Assembly (NCBI GenBank): GCA_024679065.1
Contig: JAGIQG010000043.1
Location: forward strand, 1,488,001 to 1,552,000
DNA: 64,000 bases
DNA from: Sphyrna mokarran
Lineage: Eukaryota
Direction: 5' to 3'
Each line of letters starts with the position of its first letter. The stretch's first letter is position 1. Of the stretch, positions 51,937 to 64,000 are shown piece after piece. Below the pieces are notes generated by a model. It was not told where the DNA came from. It was given only the letters and a program-made list of their open reading frames with translations, and ran no database searches. The translations under genes were made by a program, and so were the position numbers.

Positions 51937-53344
51937 TGTAGTTGATCCACCTGGTGAGGCTCTGGATCCCCGATCAGAATCTCACTGAGAAGTCACTATT
52001 GTCTTCTCTGTATGAATGGGTTGTAAATAGGCAGAGTAAATGCGCTTCTGTGTTTATTAATAGATACATGGTTGGCGTTAAACAATAGAACAGAGGTAGA
52101 CAGTTCTCTGTGGTTTTCCTGTTTGCTGAAAGTCCACGTGATGCCACGCATATTTTGCAAAATATCTATCTTATGAACCCATGTCGGTTAGGCCATTCTT
52201 GGTGTACAGAGTACGGTTCTTGGTAAGCTGACAGATCTAATGGAAATATTGTTCTGTATACTAAACAACAGTTTATGGCAGAACGGATATTTTCTTACTA
52301 TCAGTGCGCATTGAATAACCTGGAGCTCTTCCCTAAAAGCGAGGGCAGGCAGAAAGCATTGGTTTAACTTGGCGCCATGTTCAGCACTACATCGTGGGCC
52401 AAAGCGCCTTTTTTAATGTCGTATTGTTCTCGGTTCCAATGAAGTAAAAAAAAGTATTTGAAAATAAGAATCTACTGATCATTGTCGTGTGTCGTTTGCC
52501 TATCCTGAGTAAATATCCCTTTCTTTCTTTCATATTAATAGCATTATCTAAAGGGTTAAATGTTCTGATGGTATTTATCTACACCACCACCCCTGTCAGG
52601 GCGCCCCCACATCAGCCACTCTCTGTGTAATAAAACTTGCCCGACCCATCTCCTTTGAACTTTCCCCCTCTCACGTTACGTGCATTTCAGCTCTGGGGAA
52701 AAGATTCTGACTGTCAACCCGATCGATGCTTCACATAATTTTATATTAGCCTCGCTCCCCACCTCAATCTGCCACTCCAGAGGAAACAATCGCGATTTGT
52801 ACAATTTCCCGTTGTCCCTTAAACCCTCTTATCTCGGCAGCATCCAGGTTAACCTCTTCTGCACTTGTTGCAAACCTTCTACACCCTTTTTCTAATGTGA
52901 GAACTGGAATTGAAAGTTATACTCCAAGAGTGACCTGTCCAAAAGTTTATGCAGTTGCAAATTCCAGCACCTGCCGGAGAGAAATCGAACCCCGGGTATC
53001 CAGACCATAAACTTAATTTCTGGATTAGTATTGTTGCGAAAAAAACATCAGGCCATCGCCACCTCCTTGACAAGAAGTAGATTTTAGTCCAGAATCCTTT
53101 CCTTGCTCTCTTTTGATATAGGGGAATGTTATATTGTTACATATACGAGATTGGCAGGCGCGGCCTCATCTTAATGCATCCTCCCAAAAACATCACCTTA
53201 GCAAAAGTGCATTGCTTCTTCAGCATTGCACAGTGTAGAGACAAGGATCACCTGCCAACGTCTTAACAACACAGATGAGAATTAGAAATCCAGGGATCTC
53301 TAACTACTCTGGAAATGAGACTGGAATCGATGTTAGCCTCTTTC

Positions 53345-53672
53345 ATAGATCATAGAAGCTCTCTGTACAGAAAGAAGCCATTCGGTCCATCGAGTCTGCA
53401 CTGACAACAATCCCACCCAGGCTGTACCCACGTATCTGCACATTTTTATCCACTAATCCATAACCTATGCATCTATGGTCAATGTAGCATGGCCAATGAA
53501 TCTAACCTGCACATCTTTTGATTGTGGGAGGAAACCGGAACACCCAGAGGAAACCCACGCAGACACGAGTGAAATGTGCAAACTCCACACAGACAATTAC
53601 GCAAGCCGGAAATCGAATGCAGTTCCTTGGAGTTGTGAAGCAGCAGTGCTAACCCACTCTGCTACCGTGCCG
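53345..53672 (-). mobile_element. HE1/V-SINE-type SINE
   Basis: tRNA-like head, V-core and tail. Confidence 0.85.
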
Positions 53673-53879
53673 TCCATATCATATGAGTCGATTTCCATCA
53701 CTCCAATCTATCCTGTTATGTAGTCAGCGGACTCGAACCTCAGCTCTGGAAATCTCTCCCTAAATTGTTTTCCATCTCTCTCTCGTTAAGATGATCCTTA
53801 AACCTAATTGTTCGGCGAAGCTTATGGCCACATGCATCTCATATCCTTTAAGCATTGAGAATTAGGTTGTACTGATCCA

Positions 53880-55130
53880 GTTTACAACGAAGAATTTGGC
53901 AATCTGGGCATGCATATGGCAGATGCACTATAATGTGGATGAAAGTGAGATCATCCACTTCGGTACCTGAAATATGATAGCAGAACATTGTTTGAATGGG
54001 TGTAACTCGATGGAGGTTCTTTGTTGTCCTCATGCATCAGTACCTAGAAGCAAGCACGCGAGTACAACAGGAGATAAAGAAGGCAAATTGTTTGTTAATC
54101 TTCATAGTGAGGGATTTGAGTACACAAAAAGGGATGTTTTGCAGCAAATGTATAGGGCATTGGTGAAGCCACATCTGAAGTACTAGATGCACTTTTGGTC
54201 TCCTGATCTGAAGAAGGACGTCCGTGTATAGAGGAGGTGCAGCACAGTCTGACTCCTTGGACGAAACTTATGACCCATATGCATCTCATATCATTTAAGC
54301 ACCCTTTGGAATTAAGTTGTACTGAATCATAGAGCTCTACACTGCAGAAAGAGGCCCTTCGCACAATCGAGTTTGCACCGTACACAATCCCACCAAAGAC
54401 CTACCCCCATATCCCTGCATATTATACCCACTAATCCCTGTAACCTACACATCCCCAGGCACTAACAGGCAATTTCTTCCAATGGACAAACAACCTAACC
54501 CCCAAATCTTTGGACTGTGGGGGGATACCGGAGCACCCGGAGGAACGCAACGCAGACACGAGGAGAATGTGCAAACTCCACACAGAGAGTGATCGGAGCT
54601 GTGAATCGAACCCAGGACCCTGGATCTGTGAAGCAACAACGCTACCCACTGTGCTACTCATTCACTTTACAACAGACTGAATCCTTGGATGACAGGCCTG
54701 TCCTATGAGCAGAGACTAAATCTGTTCGGATTAAATTCATTTGCGTTCAGAAGAGTGAGAGGCGATCTCATGAAAACTTCTGAAAGTTCTAACTGGATTT
54801 GACAGAGTAGATTCAGAAAAAAAAATGTTCGCCATATCCGCGGAGTCCTAAATCAGGTTTGAGGATAAAGAGTAAACCTTTCAGATCTGAGATGAGAAGA
54901 AATTTGTTCACCCAGAGAGTGATGAATGTGTGGAATTCGCTTCCACAGAAAGTAATTGAAGCCAAAACATCGTTCGACTTCCAGAAGAAATTAAATCTGG
55001 CCCTTGTTGGTAAAGCGATGAAAGGGGTGGCTGGAATAAGATACTGAATTTGGTAATCACGTCTAATCAAAATGAATTGTTGAGAGGCTCAAGAGTCGGA
55101 AGGCCTGCTTCTGCTTCTATTTTCTATGCG
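53880..55130 (+). mobile_element. Old CR1 fragment interrupted by an HE1-type SINE (about 54325-54658, minus strand)
   Basis: MYRALVKPHLKY; RRNLFTQRVMNVWNSLP. Confidence 0.75.
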
Positions 55131-55324
55131 TCCATGTAGCCATGTTAATGATCTTCTTTCGAATCGCGTATTATGCGTAAAGAGGAGCAGAATACACTGT
55201 CCGCCATTAGTCTGAATGCCTACGTTCACTTCGCAAATAATAACAGAAAGATAGGTTGTTTCTTAAAAGAGATATTGGCAATTTAAATGTACAAAGGAAG
55301 TCGGTGCCGTGGACAATGCTCACT

Positions 55325-55562
55325 GGGCAATGCAGGGGGCGGGGCTAATAGGGGCGTCCAGCCCCTACTGGCCACAGTCGCGGCGTGGCCAATGAATGAG
55401 GGGCCAATGGGGGGGGGGGGCTAATGGGAGAGTGGCTAATTGGGAGGGGCTAATTGCGGAGGTCAAATAAGGGAATGGTTAATGGGGAGTGGACAATGAT
55501 GATGGGAATGATGGGGGAAAGGCTAATGGAGAAGGGCTAATGGGGGACGGGCTAACGGGGGA
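55325..55562. repeat. G-rich degenerate (GGCTAATGGG)n repeat
   Basis: Visible G-runs separated by CTAAT/CCAAT. Confidence 0.75.
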
Positions 55563-55929
55563 ACTGAGCCCACTTCCACTCTGCAGCTGGCGGGGGACAG
55601 ATGGAGAGAGGAGGGGTCTCATTATCACTCCGCAGGGAACTCTGGGCGGAGGGTGATGTGTCCATGATCGGTAGGGGGAGTGCAGCAGGTTCACAATCCC
55701 TGAGTGGAGGGAGGCCAGTCCGCGACCGGGCTGGGTGGTGAGCAGATTTCGGCGAACTTGCATCTCCAACCGTTGGCCACCGCAACTGCAGGTGATAGCT
55801 TTTTCAGATTGCCTGCAGCAGCCGGGGCTGACAGCTCTGTTCTTTTAGTCAGACACCTGCAACTGCTAATGCGCATGTGCATCATCGGAGGCATGCGCAT
55901 TATGCCCCTTGACAGAGTGCTTGGAAGTG

Positions 55930-58900
55930 CTGGTGGCTGAGTGTGAATTTTTCAATTTGCTTTTTCTTTCTCTCTCTGTTTATGAGTGATTTTTGCTGCT
56001 GTAGTTAGGCGGGGGGCTAGCTGGGAAGTGAACCGGGGAGTATAAAAAGAAAGAGGTAGTAGACAGCGGGCAGCGTCGGGAGCGGGCAGTGGAGTGAGTA
56101 GGGAAGCAGAGTGAGATCTAAAGGGCTTTGGCTCGTGGGGCTTGGACGAGAGCAGGTTTAGGCGCAGTGTGATACTGGTTTTCCAGTGGCATTCACACCT
56201 CCAAAGGTGTTCATGACAATGGCAGAGATTAAGGGAAGACGCGTCACCTGTGTATGGTGTCACATGTGGGAGTTCCTGGAGGCAAGACCTCTCCCAAAAG
56301 TCCACGTAGCATGAAGTGTTTGGAGCTGCAGCGTCTGAAGGCTCGGGTAAAGCAACTAGAGCGGCAGTTGGAAGATGCATTTGTAGTCAGGGAGAACGAG
56401 GGAATCATGGAAGGGAACCAGAGTAAGGTGGCGAACCCGAGGCCTAAGGCGGAGGAACCTGACCCTTACAGGTGGATTACTGGAAGGAAGGGGCAAAAGG
56501 AGAGGGGAGACAGTCCAAAGACTTCCCCAGTGGCACTCCCCCAAAATATCGAGGGCGAACGGTTAAAAAAGGCAAGGGAGGAGGACCTCAAAGGGGAGGA
56601 AAGGGGTTGAAGGGAGACAGTGGTGGGGGATGGGAGGGCTAAAGGAATAGATAGGCGCTTTTGTGGTCCAAGGCGGGACTCTAGCATGGTAGTTTGCCTC
56701 CCTGGAGCAGGGATGCAAGATGTGTCGGACAGGGTGGAGGGCATTTTAAAGGGTGAGGAGACCCAGGCAGATGTGATTATTCACGTAGGAGAGAAGGATG
56801 TAGGAAGGAAGAGCAGGGAGGATATACAAAGGATTTTCAGGGAGTTGGGGGGTAGGCTGAAGAGCAGGGCCTCCATGGTGGCGATCTCAGGGCTGCTACC
56901 AGGGCCTGGTAATAGTGGAGCCAGGAGAAATGAGTTCCTACAGCTGAATGCGTGGCTGAAGGACTGGCATAGGATAGAGGGTTTCATATTTGTGGATAAC
57001 TGGGATGTCTTTGTGAAAGAAGGGCACCTGTATGGAAGGGATGGGGAACACTTGAATGGGAAGGGCGTGAATATCTTAGCTGGGAGGTTAGCTGGAGTGT
57101 TTCGGCAGGATTTACACTAATATGGAGGTGGGTGTGTGTGTGGGGGGGGGGGGTGAGACCGATAGCTCGGTGGAGAGTAAGATGGGAGATAGACTAATCT
57201 TGGATGAGAAGAAATACAACAGGGAGAAGAAGATTTGGAGTGGGCTTGGTGGTCTGGAGTATGTCTGTTTCAATGTTGGAGCGTAACAGGAAAAACAGAT
57301 GAACTTAGGGCCTTAATGTTTGCGCGGAACTTGGATGTGGTTGCGGTGACAAGACGCGGTTAAAGAAAGGGGAGCAGTGCCAACTGAATATTCGTGGGTA
57401 TAAATGTTTCAGGCGTGACAGAGGAGGGTCCAGAAGAGGTGGGGGAGTAGCATTGTTAGTTGGGAGAGCATCACGGCAGTGCAGAGGGAGGACAATACAG
57501 AGGAGTTAGGAGTGAGTCGCTGTGGGTAGAATTGAGGAAGAGAAAGTGTGTAGGTGTAGGGGTGTATTATAGGCCAGCCAACATCCCGCGGATAGTTGAA
57601 GAAGACATATGTAAAGACGGTTTGGATAGGTGCAGAAAGAAGAGTCGTTATAGTAGGAGATTTTAATCTCCTTAAGGTGGATTGGAAGGTACCTATAACC
57701 CGGAGTTTGGACGGGCAGGAATTCGTAAAATATTTACTGGAAGGATCGTTGGAGCAGTATGTGGCTAGCCCGAGTAGAGAATGGGCTTTATTGGATTTAG
57801 TTCTGAATAATGAGCAGGGCAGGTGGTTGATGTTGTCGTAGGGGAACGTGTGGTTAACAGTGAACACAATTCTGTCTACTTTAGGATACAGATGGAAAGG
57901 ATGCTTGTTGCCCTAGGGGCAGGGTGCTGAATTGGGGGAAGACTAACTACTGTCGGATTAGGCAGGAGCTTTTGGAAACTGATTGGGAACAGTTGTTCGA
58001 GGGTACGTCCACGCTAAGCATGTGGGACTCTTTCAAGGGAATACTGAGAATGTTGCAAGATAGATATGTGCCTGCTAAGAGGAAGGATGGGAAAGATAGG
58101 ATTAGAAAGCCGTGGATTATTAGATATATTGAGGACTTGTTAGGAAGAAAAGAGAGGTGTGTGATATGTCAAAGCAGCTGGGAACGGAGACAGCGTTGGA
58201 GGAATATAGAGAGAGTAGGAGGGAGCTCAAACGGGGAGTTAGAAGGGCAAAAAAGGGGCATGAAATGATTTTGGTGGACAGGATTAAGGAAAATCCAAAT
58301 AAGTTTTACTCCTATGTTAGGAATAAAAGTGTGGTTAGAGGAAAAATCGGACCGCTTAGGGACAGAGGAGGGGAACAGTGCTTAGAGCCCGAGGGAATGG
58401 CGGAGATCCTGAATGAATACTTTGCGTCGGTATTCACGAAGGAGAGGGGCTTGTTGACAGCTCCTGTCTCTGTCGGAGCTGTGGACCAGTTGAGGGAAAT
58501 ATCCATACTGAGGGAGGAAGTGTCAGAGTTCTAGGTAGCATTGAAACTGATGGCATTTATACAAAGGCTGCTTAGCGAGGTGAGAGGGGAAATTGGTGGG
58601 CCTCTGACGCAAATCTTTGTCTATTCTTCGGAAACAGGTGATGTCCCAGTGGACTGGAGAATAGCTAATGCTGTACCGTTGTTCAAAAAGGGTAGTAGGG
58701 ATAACCCTGGAAATTACTGGCCGTTGAGTTTGACGTCAGTGGTAGGGAAGCTGTTGGAGGGTATTCTTAGAAATAGGATGTATCGGCACTTAGAGCGTTG
58801 CGATCTGATTAGGGATACGTAGCATGGCTTTGATAAGGGGAGGTCGTGCCTTAAGAATCTGGTAGAATTTTTTGAGGAGGTGACGAAAACGGTGGATGAA

Positions 58901-61633
58901 GGGCGAGCTGTTGATGTTGTCTATATGGATTTCAGTAAGGCGTTTGACAAAGTTCCTCATCGGAGGTTAGTTGAGAAGGTCAAGGCTCATGGGATACAAG
59001 GACAGGTAGCTAGATGCATAAGTAACCTGGCTTAGTAATAGGAGATGGAGAGTAATAATGGAAGGGTGTTTGTCTACCTGGAGTTTGGTCAGAAACTAGT
59101 GGTGTGCCGCAGGGCTCAGTACTGGGACCTCTTCTATTTGTACCATATATAAATGACTTGGAAGAGGGAGTAAATGGAGTGATCGGCAAGTTTATAGGTG
59201 ATACAAAGGTGGCTGGACTTGCGAATACTGAGGATCATTGTCAGACGATGCAGTAGGGCATAGATAGGCTGGTAGCTTGGGCAGATAGATGGCAGATGGA
59301 ATTCGATCCTGATAAATGTGATGTGATGCATTTTTGGAGAAAGAACTTAGGAGGGAGGTATATGATAAAGGGTAGAACTATTAACAGTATAGAAACGCAG
59401 CGGGAGGTGGTGGGGGGGTGGGGCAGTTGCACAAGTCTCTCAAGGTGGCAGAGCAGGTGGAGAATGTTGTGAAGAAAGCATATGGTATGCTAGCCTTTAT
59501 AGGAACGGATATAGAGTACAAGAACTGGCCGTTAATGTTGCAGTTGTATAAAACGCTGGTTAGAACTCATTGGAATATTGCGTCCAGTTCTGGTCGCCTT
59601 ACTACCAGACTCCATTTTGGCAAATGGAGTTTAATGTGGAAAAGTGTGAGGTAATGCACTATGGCAGGAATAATAAATGTGTAGAGTATAGGGCTAATGG
59701 TAGGATTCTTAGTAGTCTTGATGAACAAAGGGATCATGGTGTATATGTGCATACCATGAAAGTATACTCCCTGAAAGTAGGCAGTCAAGTCGAGAAGGTT
59801 GTTAAGAAGACATATGGAGTCTTAGCTTTTATTGGTAGGGGGATTGAATTTCGGAGCCGCAACGTCATGTTGCAACTGTACAAAACTCTAGTGCGGCCGC
59901 ACTTGGAGTATTGTGTGCAGTTCTGGTCCCCACATTATAAGAAGTATGTGGAGGCATTGGAGAGGGTACAGAGGAGGTTTACCAGGATGTTGCCTGGTAT
60001 GGAGGGCAGGTCTTATGAAGAGAGGCTGAGGTATTTGAGGTTGTTTTCGTTAGAAAGGAGGCGGCTAAGAGGGGACCTAATCGAAACATATAAGATGATT
60101 AGAGGTTTAGATAGGGTGGACAGTGATAGCCTTTTTCCTAGGATGGAGAAAGCTAGGACGAGGGGACACAGCTTTAAATTAAGGGGTGATAGTTATAGGA
60201 CGGATATCAGTTCTGGTCGCCTTACTACCAGACTCCATTTTGGCAAATGGAGTTTAATGCCGAAGGGCCTGTTCTGTGCTGTATTGTTCTATGTTCTATG
60301 TTCTATAAGTGTGAGGTAATGCACTATGGCGGGAATAATAAATGTGTAGAGTATAGGGCTAATGGTAGGATTCTTAGTAGTCTTGATGAACAAAGGGATC
60401 ATGGTGTATATGTGCATAGATCCCTGAAAGTAGGCAGTCAAGTCGAGAAGGTTGTTAAGAAGACATATGGAGTCTTTACCCAAAGGGTGGTTCGGGAGTG
60501 GAATGCCCTGCCTGCAGCAGTTGTAGACGCGGCAAGTTTGGTGGTGTTTAAGAGGTTAGTTGATAGGTATATGGAAGAGAAGGGAATGGTTTAGTTTAGA
60601 GGGGCATTACTTTTTATATTGGTCGGCGCAACATCGAAGGCCGAAGGGCTTGTTCTGTGCTGTAATGTTCTATGTTCTATGTTCTAGAAGGACGTGGAGA
60701 CTGTGGACAGAGTGCAGAGGAGGTTTACTAGTATGCTGCCTGGTATGGAAGGTCAGAGTTACGAGGAGAGGTTAGGCAAATTGGGACTCTTTTCCTTAGA
60801 AAGACGGAGAGTTAGAGGAGATCTAACAGATAATGAGGGGTATAGATAGAATGAACAGGGTTAAGCTTTTTCCTATGATGGACTCGAATAGCACGAGGGG
60901 TCATGGTCTTAGACTGAAGGGGTAAGGTATAATTTGGATGCTAGAGGGAGTTTTTTCACACAGAGGGTGGTGGGGGTATGGAATGCGCTGCCAAGTAAAG
61001 TGGTGGAGGCAGGCACTCTGGAGTTATTTAAGAAATACTTAGATAGGCACATGAGCAGAATGGGAATGGAGGGGTATAGAAAACTGATTTAAAATAGGGA
61101 TCATGAGCCTCAGGAGTTCCTGGCAAGTGTGTAAATAGATGATGATATTGATGTACTTGTTTTTATCCTACAGATGCTTTGGTCCACCTTGTTGTCTAAC
61201 AAGGGGCATACACGTGATGGGTCGTGAGAGGGCTGCTCTTCGATTTTTTTGGAAAGTATCCTAGTGTTTCATGTCGTTAGTGTACGCTTGATCTGGACCA
61301 CTTGATGGGCAACACGACAGCTCAGTGACTATTGCTGCGCTGTGCAGATACATGGATTTGGGCCTGTGTCTGTGGGAGTTTGTGCATTCACTTGCACCCG
61401 TGCTTGCGTGGGTTTTCTGTGGGTGTTCCGGTTTCCTCCCACATCCCAAAGATGTGTTCTTAGGATAATTGGGAAATCAAATTCTCCCTAAATTGTCTCA
61501 AAATTTGGTTTTTAATCCATAGATTTATAAACATAGACAGGTGTCACGCGTAGAGGTGGGAACATCGGGGTGGCGGCACGGGGTCGTTGGGCCGCAGGGT
61601 CTGTTTCCCGCCCTGTTTTGTTCTTTGTTCTTT
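55930..61633 (+). mobile_element. Near-full-length degenerate CR1 LINE: ORF1 (Zn finger, coiled coil, SGNH-esterase-like), ORF2 (endonuclease-RT), long 3' UTR
   Basis: ATG at 56219, VTCVWCHMWE; ORFs 56254-56610 and 56620-57120 share a frame (VGDG..VCLPGA..IIHVG..DGEHL); VVIVGDFN, LDLVL, NYWPLSLTSVVGKLLE; 5' boundary approximate. Confidence 0.92.
59609..60685 (+). mobile_element. Young CR1 (subfamily A) nested inside the older CR1, internally rearranged
   Basis: Interrupts the host ORF2 at WSPYY|..KDV; own tail at 60660-60685. Confidence 0.9.
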
Positions 61634-61849
61634 ATATCGCGCGCGTTAAGCACCGCCCACGGGTTTGTGCAGCGAGCTTGCTGATGTCATTGCAGGCAAA
61701 ATGCGTCAGAGGGGCTGAAAATACCCCCAAAATTTGGATATGAAATTCTCCCGGTTTCAAGTCCGCTCATCACTTAGATTAAAAAAAAAAGTAAAATCGT
61801 CTGAGCAGTGTTCGTATTTAATACATTTCTACAGACTAAAGGCATCAAG

Positions 61850-62507
61850 GAAAATTGTGATCCTTTGGGGAACTGCGTATCAGGCCGGGAATCATTTATG
61901 ATCTAAGGGAATGTCAGGGCCATCCCGGCGGATTGAAATTTCGCTTCCGTTTCTGGGTCCCGGTGTCCTACTTTCCTGTGTCATTTCTGAAGCGACACTT
62001 GCCCATCCTCCCTCCTCCTCCCCCCATGGCTTTTCCCAAAGCCATGCATTTACAAAAAGCATCCATTCTAATTTGAGCGCCCCTGTTCCATCGGTACCCA
62101 TCATATACTCAGATATAGCAATCTGGATCTTAACTATTGTCTATGTGAAATAAAATGAATTTTATATCATGACGTTGTTGCTATTTTAGGCAAATCACCT
62201 TCAATCGGTACCTTAGAATTTTCGTTGTATTTTTTACCAAGACAAGTTGGTCTTTTTTTTGGTGTACTATAAATGACACACACAGATCCAGAAAGGTTCT
62301 CAATTCGAAGCTGAAAAAAGCAACCTGCACCCCTCCATTTAATATGGACTGCAGTCATAATCGAGTAATATTCAATAGTCCCTCGTGCGGCATTTGAAAG
62401 AAGGCACATCAATGTATTTCGCAATCCTATGTAAGTAGCAATTTCTGGATTATACGGGTTTGCCCAGGCGATTGCTGTTCAGAAAATTGCCAGAACTGAT
62501 TAATCCC
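61850..62507 (-). pseudogene. Possible decayed V-C Ig gene (gene 3)
   Basis: PEIATYIGLRNTLMCLL..FQLRIENL resembles V-domain strands; donor G|gtaaaa at 62237, 97-nt intron, acceptor tttcacatag at 62141; stops and deletions present. Confidence 0.35.
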
Positions 62508-62689
62508 TAGATAAGTTCCTATCGTTTTATTAATTCGCGGGACATGGATGTTGCTAATTGCAGCTAATGCACCTTCGAGATTTCATTGCCTGAGGGAGAA
62601 GGAATGAAATCTTTCTTTAACATTGTTAAATTTACTGAGGTTGTTGCAGTTTCTCGCCCAGCCCACACGATGCCGCGCTAACGCGATGC

Positions 62690-63208
62690 CCCCCCAATTT
62701 TAGCACTCAATGAGTACCTCACTCTAATCCTACTTCTACCTATGACATTTGTATGCATCTCATGGACTCCACGATAAAGTGGTGCAAACTTAGGGAATTA
62801 TATGAGTACTAGATTAAGAGAGATCCAATTCAGAGACAATTTATTGACACCAATCAGCCTTGTTTTGGGGGCATGGGAGGAAACCGGGGCCCCCGGGGTA
62901 AACCCAAGCAAGCACGGGGAGAATGTAAAAACTCCCAAAGACCCAAGCTGGAGATCCGAGCCTGGTCCCTGTAACAGCACAGCAAATAGTGATATTCACT
63001 GAAATATCGTTTTGCCGGTCAATTGGTCCAATTTAACCATACACCTACGACGTGAAACAGTAGGCAACTCTCAAAGCAACATCCAAGAGCAGCCCTGTCA
63101 CGACCCATCGTGTGTCTGCCCCTTGTTAGACAAGAAGGTGGACCAAAGCACCTGTAGGATAAAAACAAGTACATTAATATCATCATCTATTTGCACACTT
63201 CCCAGAGA
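62690..63208 (-). mobile_element. Copy of the long SINE-containing CR1 3' UTR
   Basis: Reverse complement of 61115-61600-like sequence. Confidence 0.7.
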
Positions 63209-63220
63209 CTCGCAAGGCTC

Positions 63221-63997
63221 ATGACAAACAGCAGTGGCCCCAAAATAGATCCTTGAGGTGCACCACTTGTAACTGAACTCCAGGTTGAATATTTCCTATC
63301 AACCACCACCAATACCTTCTATCAACTAGCCACTTCCTGATCCAAACTGCTAAATGACCCTCAATCCAATGCATCTGCATTTTCTGAAGTAGCTTACCAT
63401 TGGGAACCTTATCAAACGCTTTACAGGAGTGAATTTCAGGACTGACAGAGAACATAAATCCAAATTCAGCTCTTATTCCGTAACATTTCACTCGTTTTTT
63501 TTACATTAAAATGAACGGTTGATATTCAACAAAAACCAAAATCCACTGTCTAAAATTTGAAAAGAAACTCTTACAAACTCCAATGCAAATTTCTATAAAC
63601 GTAGGCAGGAATCGTGGCTGGAAATGGGAATGTCGGGCTCGTTGGGCCGAAGGGCCCTTTCCTGTGCTGTGTTGTTCTTTGTTCTTTGTTTGTTGTTCCA
63701 TTGTACAACGCCTGAGTCTGTTTCTTGCTGCACTCCAATTCTATAAGTTCTCATGCCTCTCACTTTTAAAGTAGTGACGCAAATCCGAATCTCGGACTAC
63801 TATTGCCAGCGCAATATAAAACACTATACAATAAAGATTTCATTTAATTATAAGTTTATTATTGATCAAAACAGATCATCCTTCGGAAAGATAGACACAG
63901 TAATTGATATTCACACGTCGACAATTGCAAAGGAACAACATTCCGATGAATAACTGAAGCCAGGCAATCAGGAGAATATTTTCAGGAAAATCCAGCA
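63221..63997 (+). repeat. Segmental duplication copy 2 (paralogue of 22261-23048)
   Basis: Colinear match at an offset of about 40.96 kb, running to the window edge. Confidence 0.92.
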
Positions 63998-64000
63998 GTC

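Overview
Vertebrate genomic DNA, most likely a shark or other cartilaginous fish, judged from the HE1/V-SINE-type SINEs, HER1/CR1-type LINEs with (TTCTATG)n tails and the expanded GPR139-like receptors. The window is rich in retroelements, and every host gene found is on the minus strand. Left third (4-20 kb): a decaying tandem cluster of two-exon GPR139-like class A GPCRs whose first exons encode Trp-containing 14-aa tandem repeats. One intact receptor can be built only by splicing an orphan first exon (11.6-11.9 kb) onto a neighbour's second exon (4.15-5.05 kb). Middle and right (23-52 kb): two non-rearranging antigen-receptor-like genes (leader, germline-joined VJ, C1, Cys-bearing stalk, uncharged TM, cytoplasmic exons). 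Gene 1 assembles by hand into a complete 8-exon, 341-aa ORF ending in a YATL motif. Gene 2 has a canonical FGNGSKL J motif, but its last exon is unresolved. A probable third, decayed V-C gene sits at about 62 kb. A duplicate of gene 1's 3' flank at the right edge predicts another paralogue just outside the window. All exon models were read manually from splice sites and phases and have no transcript support; repeat boundaries are approximate.
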